Shown one piece after another: positions 45,456 to 54,221 of a DNA stretch of 64,000 bases (position 1 is the first letter of the stretch; every line of letters starts with the position of its first letter). The notes beneath the pieces were generated by a model. It saw only the letters and a list, made by a program, of their open reading frames with translations. It was not told the DNA's origin and ran no database searches. The translations under genes and the position numbers were made by a program. The DNA is from Flavobacterium sp. GTDB lineage: Bacteria; Bacteroidota; Bacteroidia; Flavobacteriales; Flavobacteriaceae. The stretch is taken from NCBI GenBank assembly GCA_016721735.1, contig JADKHM010000019.1:420034-484033 (forward strand), read 5' to 3'.

Positions 45456-46949
45456 TTATTCTTGAGGGTTGTTTAGTTTACTGTGCTTTTTACCATAAGT
45501 GAAATAAATGACCAAGCCAATGGCGAGCCACAAAAGCAATCGCAACCAGTTTGTCCACCCTAAACCATAAATCATTGCTAAGCAAACTACAATTCCAAGA
45601 ATAGGAACTAAAGGAACAAATGGGGTTTTAAATTCGCGTTTCATGTCTGGTTCCGTTTTGCGTAAAACAATAACCGAAAAACAAACTAATATAAAAGCGA
45701 ATAAAGTTCCGATACTTGTCATATCACCAACAATATCCCCCGGAATAAAGGCGGCAAAAAGCCCCACAATTACGAGAATTGCAATATTCGCTTTGTAAGG
45801 TGTTTTGTATTTTGGATGCAAATCACCAAACGATTTTGGCAACAAACCATCTTTACCCATCGCATAGAAAACACGTGATTGACCTAATAACATGACCAAA
45901 ATAACAGATGAAAATCCTGCCAAAATTGCGACAGTTACAAACTGCGCTAACCATTCATATCCAATCATATATTTATTAATCGCAAAAGCAACTGACGCTT
46001 CTTTACCTCCGGTTCTAAAATCTTCTACGGTAGCCACTCCGGTTAAAACGTGTGCAAATAAGATATACAAAACAGTACAGATGGCTAATGACCCTAATAT
46101 TCCGATGGGCATATCTCGCTTTGGGTTTTTGGTTTCTTGTGCAGCAGTACTTACAGCATCAAATCCGATAAATGCAAAAAACACCGTTCCCGCGGCACCA
46201 AGGATTCCCATGATTCCGCCGTAGTGATGACCGATTCCTTGATCATCGGTATAAGTTCCAACTTCTGGAATATAAGGTGTGTGATTCGCTGGATTGATAA
46301 AGTGCCAGCCTAAAACGATAATCAACACTACAATAGTTACTTTGACAACCACAATCAATCCGTTGACAAAAGCTGATTCTTGCGTTCCCTTTATCAACAA
46401 CAAACTAATTACAGCTACAATAAATAAAGCAGGAAGATTGATTATTCCTTGCTGCAATATTTCTTGGGTGTTTGGATCTATCACTTTTTGAAAAGGAGAA
46501 TGACACAACGAATACGGAATTGGACTCGTATGCAGCACATTGACCAGTAAATTATTGAGATATTCGCTCCATGCAATACCAACAGTGGCAGCTCCTACGG
46601 CATATTCTAATATCAAATCCCAGCCAATAATCCATGCGAGTAACTCTCCCATAGTTGCGTAGGTGTAAGTATAAGCACTACCTGAAATTGGAATTGAAGA
46701 GGAAAGTTCCGCATAACACAATCCAGCCAAAGCACAACCAACCGCTGCTACAATAAAACCAATGGTAACGGATGGGCCTGCATTTTGAGCCGCCGCAGTT
46801 GCTGTTCTCACAAACAATCCTGCGCCAATAATAGCTCCAATCCCTAGTGCAATAAGGGACCAAGCAGTTAATGTTCTCTTTAACCCCTTTTCAGATTCTG
46901 TAGCTTCGCTTAATAAAAGTGAAATAGATTTTTTCTTCCAAATAGACAT
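45456..46949 (-). CDS. APC-family amino acid permease
   Basis: 497 aa with about 12 TM segments. N-terminal LKRTLTAWSLIALGIGAIIGAGLF. Confidence 0.85.
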   Translation of the reverse strand: MSIWKKKSISLLLSEATESEKGLKRTLTAWSLIALGIGAIIGAGLFVRTATAAAQNAGPSVTIGFIVAAVGCALAGLCYAELSSSIPISGSAYTYTYATMGELLAWIIGWDLILEYAVGAATVGIAWSEYLNNLLVNVLHTSPIPYSLCHSPFQKVIDPNTQEILQQGIINLPALFIVAVISLLLIKGTQESAFVNGLIVVVKVTIVVLIIVLGWHFINPANHTPYIPEVGTYTDDQGIGHHYGGIMGILGAAGTVFFAFIGFDAVSTAAQETKNPKRDMPIGILGSLAICTVLYILFAHVLTGVATVEDFRTGGKEASVAFAINKYMIGYEWLAQFVTVAILAGFSSVILVMLLGQSRVFYAMGKDGLLPKSFGDLHPKYKTPYKANIAILVIVGLFAAFIPGDIVGDMTSIGTLFAFILVCFSVIVLRKTEPDMKREFKTPFVPLVPILGIVVCLAMIYGLGWTNWLRLLLWLAIGLVIYFTYGKKHSKLNNPQE

Positions 46950-47012
46950 AATTACTATATTAATTGATTATACATTTTAACTTCGTTTTGTTTGACCTAT
47001 GCGGTCTCGTGT

Positions 47013-47020
47013 CAAATATA
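47013..47020 (-). promoter_or_regulatory. Candidate -7 box TATATTTG for the permease gene
   Basis: Reverse complement of caaatata, 64 nt upstream of ATG 46949. Confidence 0.35.
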
Positions 47021-47068
47021 TTGTTTTTTATATCACGTCAAACATAAATTTTTGAATGCAGCCTAACC

Positions 47069-49279
47069 TTAAAACCAAAATCCTACACTAAACCACGCAA
47101 ATCCTTTATTGGTTTCCGGCGACCATGAGTATTTAAATTCGATTGGGCCAAGTAGTGATTCTAAACCATAGCCAGCGGCATATCCGGAATAGCTAATTCT
47201 CGAAATCCAATCGGAAGTTTCAAAAAGACGGTTTTTGACATTAGCAAAATTTGCGGATAAGTTGACGTGGTTCTTTTTATAAAATTCATAGTCCATCGTG
47301 ATGTCACTTTTGATATAACTATCGCCCGAGAGACTTAAAAAATCATAACCATAAAACGGTCTAAAATTATTAATTGCAGTATAACCGTAACCTCCTAAGA
47401 CAAAATCAAAAAAATGAACACTTTCGTTTCCAAATGCAAAGCCCATTTCTGATTGCATTTTCAAGGTAGTTTTATTAAAAATGGTCTTGGCAAAACCGAT
47501 ATCGCCTTTCGCAATAGAGAAGTCTTTAAACTGTTTGGTGTAATCCGAAGATACTAGGTATGACTGAACGTCGCCAAAGAAATACCAACCTCTTTTTGGA
47601 AAAAATTTGTTATCTAATGCATCGTATTTTAGATAGCCGAAAACGCTTCCATAATTGCTTTTTTCAAAATCTGAATTAGATACATTTAATGTGGCAGAAC
47701 TAATGTCTATGTGTTTGTGCTCAATTCCGGCTCCAATAAGGAATTTTTGGATAAAAATGGTTTGCAGATAAAATTGATTTGTAAATTCTGCATAATCAAT
47801 ATTAAGACTACGGATGCCTAATTGATTTAATAATTCGCCATCGCTAAAATCGGTAGCGACATTGCGATTAAATCGATTAAATTTTGATTTCACTCCGAAA
47901 CTCCAATAAAAACCATTATCAACATAATAGTCTAGATTGTATCTGAGATTATCCCCAATAATCAAATCTATCGAAGTAATATCATTTCTGAAAATGCTGT
48001 TCTTTTGAGTAAAATTAATCAGCGCGCCTGTTTTGAAAAGGTCATCAAAATGCAACGCAAATTTTAAAAAGGTTTTCGTTGGGTTTTCAGTTAATGTTAG
48101 CACCAAATCATCTTTTTCGTTGTTCTTTTCTAGTTGGTAACTAATAGCGCTAAAATTCTGAGTGGAAGCCAAATTATCCATTCCCACTTTAATGTCGTCA
48201 TAAGTGAATTTTGAATTTTGCTTCATTCGTAGTTTTCCAACCACATATGCTCTTGTATATTTTTGCAAAGGATTAATTAGAATATTCTTAATGTTTAATG
48301 TGTCTGAGTCAATCTGTAATCTTTTTGAAGGGATAACCATCGTAGAATCTCCCAATTTCTTAATTGCTTCGTATTGCACAAAAGCTGCTTCCTCTCCTTT
48401 TTTAATAATTTGTTGTCCTTCATCAAAAGAAATGACGCCAAAATCATTAATATCCGGCTTGATGTAAATATTGGTAAGCGCCACTTTTTGTTTCATCTTT
48501 TCAATCATCTGTAGATTAGTAATTTGAACCAAAATTCGGGTAGCTTCCTTCAATGACTTTCTGTCTTTTAGATCATCTTGTACGTCTACGCCTATGATAA
48601 TGTCGGCACCCATTTTCTTTACTTCTTCTATCGGAAAATTATTGGTAACTCCTCCGTCTACCAATAGTTTTCCATCTATTTCGACTGGGGAAAACAAAGT
48701 CGGAAAGGCGCCGCTAGCCAACAATGCTTGTGCTAAATAACCTTTATTTAACAACACCTCTTCTCCCGTTTCAATATCAGTGGCGATACAGACAAACGGA
48801 ATAGGCAATTGATTGAAATCGCGAACATGTCTTACATTGTAAGTGAGTCTGTTCAGTAAATTATAGTTGTACAAGCCTTTTGAAAGCGATGTTGGAATAC
48901 CAATCTTCAGCTTTTTGAAAGGCAATGTAAACGAGTACATTTCATCGTTCCTTTTTTCATAAAAATTCTTGGAAGATCTCGGAATATAATCGCTAAGTAA
49001 CGCATCGAAATCTGTGACTTGAAAAATAGAATCAATTTGGTGTGCCGTATAACCCGAAGCATACAAGCCACCAACAACCGCACCCATGCTCGTTCCTCCG
49101 ATATAGTCGATTTTTACACCCGCCTGCTCGAGCACTTTCAATACGCCAATGTGCGCAAAGCCTTTCGCTCCGCCGCCACTAAGAACCAAACCAATTTTTG
49201 GTTTCTTCTTTTCGAGCTCTTGCGAAAACAAATTCACTATCGTAAAAAATGCTAAAAAAAGTAAAGCAATTTTTTTCAT
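47069..49279 (-). CDS. Patatin-like phospholipase with a C-terminal Omp85/BamA-like beta-barrel region
   Basis: GGGAKGFAHIGVLK, GTSMGA (GxSxG) and DGG. I moved the start to ATG 49279 (MKKIALLFLAFF... signal peptide). Confidence 0.85.
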   Translation of the reverse strand: MKKIALLFLAFFTIVNLFSQELEKKKPKIGLVLSGGGAKGFAHIGVLKVLEQAGVKIDYIGGTSMGAVVGGLYASGYTAHQIDSIFQVTDFDALLSDYIPRSSKNFYEKRNDEMYSFTLPFKKLKIGIPTSLSKGLYNYNLLNRLTYNVRHVRDFNQLPIPFVCIATDIETGEEVLLNKGYLAQALLASGAFPTLFSPVEIDGKLLVDGGVTNNFPIEEVKKMGADIIIGVDVQDDLKDRKSLKEATRILVQITNLQMIEKMKQKVALTNIYIKPDINDFGVISFDEGQQIIKKGEEAAFVQYEAIKKLGDSTMVIPSKRLQIDSDTLNIKNILINPLQKYTRAYVVGKLRMKQNSKFTYDDIKVGMDNLASTQNFSAISYQLEKNNEKDDLVLTLTENPTKTFLKFALHFDDLFKTGALINFTQKNSIFRNDITSIDLIIGDNLRYNLDYYVDNGFYWSFGVKSKFNRFNRNVATDFSDGELLNQLGIRSLNIDYAEFTNQFYLQTIFIQKFLIGAGIEHKHIDISSATLNVSNSDFEKSNYGSVFGYLKYDALDNKFFPKRGWYFFGDVQSYLVSSDYTKQFKDFSIAKGDIGFAKTIFNKTTLKMQSEMGFAFGNESVHFFDFVLGGYGYTAINNFRPFYGYDFLSLSGDSYIKSDITMDYEFYKKNHVNLSANFANVKNRLFETSDWISRISYSGYAAGYGLESLLGPIEFKYSWSPETNKGFAWFSVGFWF

Positions 49280-49286
49280 GAAAAGC

Positions 49287-51086
49287 TTACAGGTTAGATG
49301 TTTTGTAAAAGTCGGTAATTTTTTTTGCTTTTGATGCCCCAATAACTGCAGAAATTTCGATTTCAGTTGCCAATTTTAATCTTTTAACACTTTTGAAATG
49401 CTGAATTAATGTTAACATCGTCTTTTCACCAATGCCCGGAATGCTTTCTATGGAAGAATTTAAAGCTGATTGACTGCGTTTGTCTCGGTGAAATGTAATT
49501 CCAAAGCGATGCGCTTCGTTTCGCAAATATTGAATAACCTTGAGCGTTTCCGACTTCTTATCCAAATATAATGGCGCGGAATCTCCGGGATAAAACAACT
49601 CCTCCAAACGTTTTGCAATTCCGACAATGGCTATTTTACCACGTAATTCTAAAGCGTCAATACTTTTTAGCGCCGATGACAATTGCCCTTTTCCACCATC
49701 AATAATAATCAGTTGCGGCAAAGGTTGGTATTCGTCGAGCATTCTTTTATAACGTCTGTAAACCACTTCTTCCATCGATGCAAAATCGTTCGGCCCTTCG
49801 ACCGATTTGATGTTAAAATGACGATAGTCTTTTTTGCTCGGTTTCCCATCTTTAAAAACGACACAAGCCGCTACTGGATTGGTTCCTTGAATATTTGAGT
49901 TGTCAAAACACTCAATGTGGCGTGGTTCAACTTGCAACCTCAAATCTTTTTTCATTTGTGCCATAATACGGTTCGTATGACGATCCGGATCGACAATTTG
50001 CAATTGTTTTAATTGTTCAATTCTGTAGTATTTGGCGTTTCTAATGGATAACTCAAGTAATTCCTTCTTGTCTCCCAATTGTGGTATGGTCACTTTGAGC
50101 AAATCTCCAACCTCAACCTCAAAAGGAACAATAATTTCTTTGGAAAGCAACTGAAATCTTTCCCGCAACTCAACAATGGCCAAACTTAACAATTCTTGAT
50201 CTGTTTCTTCTAACTTCTTCTTTATTTCCATGGTGTGCGACCGAATGATCGAACCGTAAGCAATTTGAAGAAAATTGACATAAGCTGCGCCTTCATCCGA
50301 AACGATTGAAAACACATCGATATTGGTAATCTTTGGACTGACAATAGTAGATCGCGATTGGTAATTTTCCAAAACTTCTATCTTTTCTTTTATTTTCTGC
50401 GCTTCTTCAAATTGCATTTGCGCCGCAAAACCATTCATTTTGGCTTTGAAATCTCTCATACTTTCTTTGAAATTTCCTTTCAATATTTCTCGAATGGCAT
50501 TGACCTGCGTTTGGTAATTATCAAAGGATTCATGTCCTTCACATGGGCCTTTACAATTGCCGATGTGGTACTCGAGACAAACTTTAAACTTCCCGTTTTT
50601 GATATTCGATGCACTCAAATCGAAGTTGCAATTGCGCAATGGATACAATTCTTTGATCATATCTAAAATAGTAGAAACGGTCTTAAAACTAGTATACGGC
50701 CCAAAATACTCCGATCCGTCTTTGACCATTCTTCGTGTTGAAAAAACCCTAGGAAACGGTTCATTCTTGATGCAAATCCACGGGTAAGTCTTGTCGTCAC
50801 GCAACATGACATTATATCGCGGCTGTAATTTCTTGATGAGATTGTTTTCGAGCAAAAGCGCATCCGATTCTGTGGCGACCACAATATGTTTTATGGCTAC
50901 AATTTTTCTAACCAAAACATTTGTTTTGGCTGTATCATGGATTTTGTTGAAGTACGACGAAACTCTTTTCTTCAGATTTTTCGCCTTGCCCACATATAAG
51001 ATCTTGTCTTCTTTGTCGTAATACTGATACACTCCTGGATTGTCAGGCAGCGACTGGATTTGAAGTTCAAGCGACGGGTTTTGCAT
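49287..51086 (-). CDS. uvrC: Excinuclease ABC subunit C
   Basis: GIY-YIG N-terminus (PGVYQYYDKEDKILYVGKAKNLKKRV) and a C-terminal HhH. 599 aa. Confidence 0.95.
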   Translation of the reverse strand: MQNPSLELQIQSLPDNPGVYQYYDKEDKILYVGKAKNLKKRVSSYFNKIHDTAKTNVLVRKIVAIKHIVVATESDALLLENNLIKKLQPRYNVMLRDDKTYPWICIKNEPFPRVFSTRRMVKDGSEYFGPYTSFKTVSTILDMIKELYPLRNCNFDLSASNIKNGKFKVCLEYHIGNCKGPCEGHESFDNYQTQVNAIREILKGNFKESMRDFKAKMNGFAAQMQFEEAQKIKEKIEVLENYQSRSTIVSPKITNIDVFSIVSDEGAAYVNFLQIAYGSIIRSHTMEIKKKLEETDQELLSLAIVELRERFQLLSKEIIVPFEVEVGDLLKVTIPQLGDKKELLELSIRNAKYYRIEQLKQLQIVDPDRHTNRIMAQMKKDLRLQVEPRHIECFDNSNIQGTNPVAACVVFKDGKPSKKDYRHFNIKSVEGPNDFASMEEVVYRRYKRMLDEYQPLPQLIIIDGGKGQLSSALKSIDALELRGKIAIVGIAKRLEELFYPGDSAPLYLDKKSETLKVIQYLRNEAHRFGITFHRDKRSQSALNSSIESIPGIGEKTMLTLIQHFKSVKRLKLATEIEISAVIGASKAKKITDFYKTSNL

Positions 51087-51192
51087 GAAACAAAGTTAAT
51101 TTTAAATGTTTCAAAAACCAAGTGCGTTATTAGCTAACAATTGTCATGTTTTATGCGCCTCAAACCCCGTAGTTTTGGCGAAAAATTACAAG

Positions 51193-52443
51193 ATGCGATA
51201 TTGGACAAAAAAATCAAAAGAAGAACTACAAAGTAAAATTCAACTAGCATTAGCAGAGAACATCAACTTTTCACAAGATATTTCTTTGGGTTATCCTGCC
51301 TCTAAATTAGATGGTAAAGTATTCTATGACGACGCGCCTTTCTTAAAAGAAGCGCCAATCTTACAAACTTTTGTTGCCAATCCGAATCACATCGGATGTC
51401 ATACGCTTGGCGATTCTGAAAATGTCTTTAGCGGTACACATGCGATAGAAAGAGAAGTTTTGAATGTGCTTGCCGTAGATGTTTTTAAAGCGACACCCCA
51501 TTCCTTTGACGGCTATATTTCGCCAGGCGGAACCGAAGCCAACATTCAAGCGCTGTGGATGTACCGCAATTTTTTTATCTATCAAAAGGGCGCTAAGACT
51601 AACGAAATAGTCATCATTGCCTCTGAAGACACCCATTATTCTATTCCAAAAGGAGCCAATTTATTGCAATTGGATTGGATCAAAATGCCCGTTGATCCAG
51701 AAACTAGAGTACTAAACAAAATCATACTAGAAAACAAGATTTTAGAAGCTCAGCGCAATGGGAAAAAGTATTTTATTATAGTTGCCAATATGGGAACCAC
51801 TATGTTCGGTTCTGTTGACAATCCGGACGATTATACTACAATTTTAGAAAAACACCAACTCGAATACAAACTACATATCGACGGTGCTTATGGTGGGTTT
51901 GTTTATCCTTTTAGCAATGAGCAATCGAAAATTAATTTTCAAAATCCAAACATCAGCTCGATTACAATTGATGCGCACAAAATGCTACAAGCGCCTTACG
52001 GAACAGGTGTTTTTATTTGTAGGAAAGGTTTAATTGAAAATGTACTCACCAAAGAAGCTGCTTATGTAGAAGGCATGGATTTGACCCTTTGCGGGAGTCG
52101 ATCAGGCGCCAATGCCATTGCAGTTTGGATGATTTTGTTTACCTACGGACCAAACGGCTGGTTTGAGAAAATAAGTGTGCTACAAATGCGGACGCAATTT
52201 TTGTGTAATGAACTTGATCGCTTGAATATCGCTTACTTCAGAGAGCCTTATATGAATATTGTCACCATCAAATCTGAGCATATTCCTAGAGAATTGGCAA
52301 TGAAATACCATTTGGTTCCCGAACAACATCATCAGCAAAATGACTGGTACAAAATTGTGGTGATGCATCACGTAGAAGTGCAACATTTGACTACTTTTAT
52401 AGGCGAACTCAAAGAATTGCATGCATGCTTAAAAGAGAATTAA
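51193..52443 (+). CDS. PLP-dependent (group II-like) amino acid decarboxylase
   Basis: SPGGTEANI and the DAHKMLQAPYGTG PLP-lysine context. The start is ambiguous: ATG 51106 in the track or ATG 51193. I chose the latter because 51106 lies only 19 nt from the divergent uvrC start. Confidence 0.7.
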   Translation: MRYWTKKSKEELQSKIQLALAENINFSQDISLGYPASKLDGKVFYDDAPFLKEAPILQTFVANPNHIGCHTLGDSENVFSGTHAIEREVLNVLAVDVFKATPHSFDGYISPGGTEANIQALWMYRNFFIYQKGAKTNEIVIIASEDTHYSIPKGANLLQLDWIKMPVDPETRVLNKIILENKILEAQRNGKKYFIIVANMGTTMFGSVDNPDDYTTILEKHQLEYKLHIDGAYGGFVYPFSNEQSKINFQNPNISSITIDAHKMLQAPYGTGVFICRKGLIENVLTKEAAYVEGMDLTLCGSRSGANAIAVWMILFTYGPNGWFEKISVLQMRTQFLCNELDRLNIAYFREPYMNIVTIKSEHIPRELAMKYHLVPEQHHQQNDWYKIVVMHHVEVQHLTTFIGELKELHACLKEN

Positions 52444-52988
52444 GGCTACAATATAAAAATCTGCGGCAACAACTTGGTGATAATGCCATCGCCGAAATGA
52501 GTCTGGCGATTTCCAATCAATTGCTTTCGTTGCCTATTTGGGAAAAGACTTACTATCATGTTTTTCTGTCTATTGCGGAGAACAAAGAAGTTGATACGGA
52601 ATATTTGTTGCACATTCTTGCCGGAAAAGACAAAGAAGTCGTGGTTTCGAAATCGGAATTTGAAACACGACAGATGACCCATTATTTGTTGACTGATGGC
52701 ACAAAATTGCGCAAGAACAGTTACCATATTCCAGAGCCGGTTGACGGGCTTGAAGTTCCTGTTGCCAAAATTGATGTGGTTTTTGTTCCCCTGGTAGCTT
52801 TTGATATCAAAGGGAATCGGGTCGGTTACGGCAAAGGATTTTATGATGTTTTCTTGAGTGAATGCCGGACAGATACAGTGAAGATTGGCTTGTCCTTTTT
52901 TGAAGCAGAACAAGCTATTGAAGACGTTTTTGAAAAAGATGTCAAATTGGATTATTGTATTACACCGAATCGCATCTATGAATTCTGA
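52425..52988 (+). CDS. 5-formyltetrahydrofolate cyclo-ligase
   Basis: 187 aa. The family-typical end is VFVPLVAFDIKGNRVGYGKGFYD. Overlaps the upstream decarboxylase gene by 19 nt. Confidence 0.85.
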   Translation: MLKRELRLQYKNLRQQLGDNAIAEMSLAISNQLLSLPIWEKTYYHVFLSIAENKEVDTEYLLHILAGKDKEVVVSKSEFETRQMTHYLLTDGTKLRKNSYHIPEPVDGLEVPVAKIDVVFVPLVAFDIKGNRVGYGKGFYDVFLSECRTDTVKIGLSFFEAEQAIEDVFEKDVKLDYCITPNRIYEF

Positions 52989-53069
52989 TGCCCTAGCCCT
53001 GATGGCAATGGCATCCTTTTGTGGCGGCGTTCGACACAAAAGATATAATGGACAGCAGGAAGTTGCTCC
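52987..53069 (+). repeat. GC-rich structured intergenic repeat, copy B
   Basis: Stems GATGCC/GGCATC (52987-92 / 53010-15) and CTTTTGTG/CACAAAAG (53016-23 / 53035-42). The first bases overlap the TGA stop at 52986-88. Confidence 0.8.
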
Positions 53070-53070
53070 A

Positions 53071-53122
53071 GAAAAAAAATAAATGAACACGAATGGCACT
53101 AATTTTCACCAATTCATTCGTG
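53071..53122 (-). terminator. Intrinsic terminator after lspA
   Basis: Stem CACGAATG/CATTCGTG (53088-95 / 53115-22), followed on the minus strand by TTCATTTATTTTTTTT. Confidence 0.7.
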
Positions 53123-53148
53123 GGAATAAGTGTAATTCGAGGTACCTA

Positions 53149-53748
53149 TTAGTCTTTGTGAAACGCTTTCTTGTTGAATACAATCAAAATTCCTACTCCA
53201 GTAGAGATTGCCATGTCCGCAACATTGAAAATGGCATTAAAGAAAGTGAAAGGTTTTCCGCCTAAAAACGGCACCCATTCTGGCATGGGATAATCTTGTA
53301 TGAATGGGAAATACAGCATGTCGACCACTTTTCCGTGGAAAACTTTGCCGTATGGTTTTTCTGAAAATAAAGTCGCTAGGTGATTGTGACTGTCGTCGAA
53401 AACAATACCGTAAAAAACCGAATCGATGATGTTTCCGAAAGCGCCGGCGAGGATTAGTGCTATGGCAACAATAAGATAAGTGGAGCTGTTTTTTTGTACT
53501 GAATCCCATAACCAATAACCAATTGCAGTTACTGCCAACAGTCTAAAAACGGTCAGAAATAATTTGCCGTACGTTCCCGGAATTTCTGTTCCCCATGCCA
53601 TTCCTTCGTTCTCGATAAACAAAATCTTACACCAACTAAAAACATTGACTTCTTCTCCCAACACAAAATTGGTTTTGATGTAAATTTTGGAAAGTTGATC
53701 TACAAGTAGAATTATGAAAATGAGAAAATAGGCGTTTCGTAATGACAT
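53149..53748 (-). CDS. lspA: Lipoprotein signal peptidase (signal peptidase II)
   Basis: 199 aa membrane protein with DQLSK, NEGMAWG and FNVADMAI motifs. Confidence 0.9.
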   Translation of the reverse strand: MSLRNAYFLIFIILLVDQLSKIYIKTNFVLGEEVNVFSWCKILFIENEGMAWGTEIPGTYGKLFLTVFRLLAVTAIGYWLWDSVQKNSSTYLIVAIALILAGAFGNIIDSVFYGIVFDDSHNHLATLFSEKPYGKVFHGKVVDMLYFPFIQDYPMPEWVPFLGGKPFTFFNAIFNVADMAISTGVGILIVFNKKAFHKD

Positions 53749-53786
53749 TTTTAGTTTTTTGTTGGCGCAAAAATAGATTATTTTCT

Positions 53787-53812
53787 AAAAAAAACGCTCC
53801 CAATGGAGCGTT
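53787..53812 (-). terminator. Hairpin with a T-run between the dksA-like gene and lspA
   Basis: Stem AACGCTCC/GGAGCGTT with a T8 run on the minus strand. Confidence 0.75.
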
Positions 53813-53834
53813 AATTTATGGTATCATTTTGCTA

Positions 53835-54215
53835 TTAGCGTTGCATGTTTTTGGCTTCGATACTCATCGTAGCGTGAGGTACAATCATCAAGCGTTCTTT
53901 GCTGATTAATTTACCGGTTACTTTGCAAACACCGTAAGTTTTGTTTTCTACGCGGAAAAGGGCGTTTTTCAAATCGCGGATGAATTTTTCTTGGCGAATA
54001 GCCAATTGCGAGTTTGCTTCCTTTGACATTGTTTCACTTCCTTCTTCGAATGCTTTAAAAGTCGGCGACGTGTCGTCGGTTCCGTTGTTTAAGTCATTCA
54101 TATACGCACTCTTTATTAAATCTAAATCGGATTGTGCTTTGTTAATTTTTTTTAAAATCAATTCTTTGAACTCTGCTAAGTCAGCATCGGAGTATCTTGC
54201 AATTTCATCTACCAT
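53835..54215 (-). CDS. DksA/TraR-family regulator with a Cys-poor zinc-finger region
   Basis: 126 aa. A coiled-coil N-terminal part and C-terminal GVCKVTGKLISKERLMIVPHATMSIEAK, in the classic ileS-dksA-lspA context. Confidence 0.75.
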   Translation of the reverse strand: MVDEIARYSDADLAEFKELILKKINKAQSDLDLIKSAYMNDLNNGTDDTSPTFKAFEEGSETMSKEANSQLAIRQEKFIRDLKNALFRVENKTYGVCKVTGKLISKERLMIVPHATMSIEAKNMQR

Positions 54216-54221
54216 GTCTTC

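Noticed and set aside
52446-53099. 217-aa minus-strand ORF overlapping the 5-formyl-THF cyclo-ligase gene and repeat copy B
   Set aside because: It runs antisense to a well-supported gene. Its translation is low-complexity and motif-free, and its N-terminal part is simply the translated GC-rich repeat (…SGATSCCPLYLLCRTPPQKDAIAIRARA…). I treat it as a shadow ORF.
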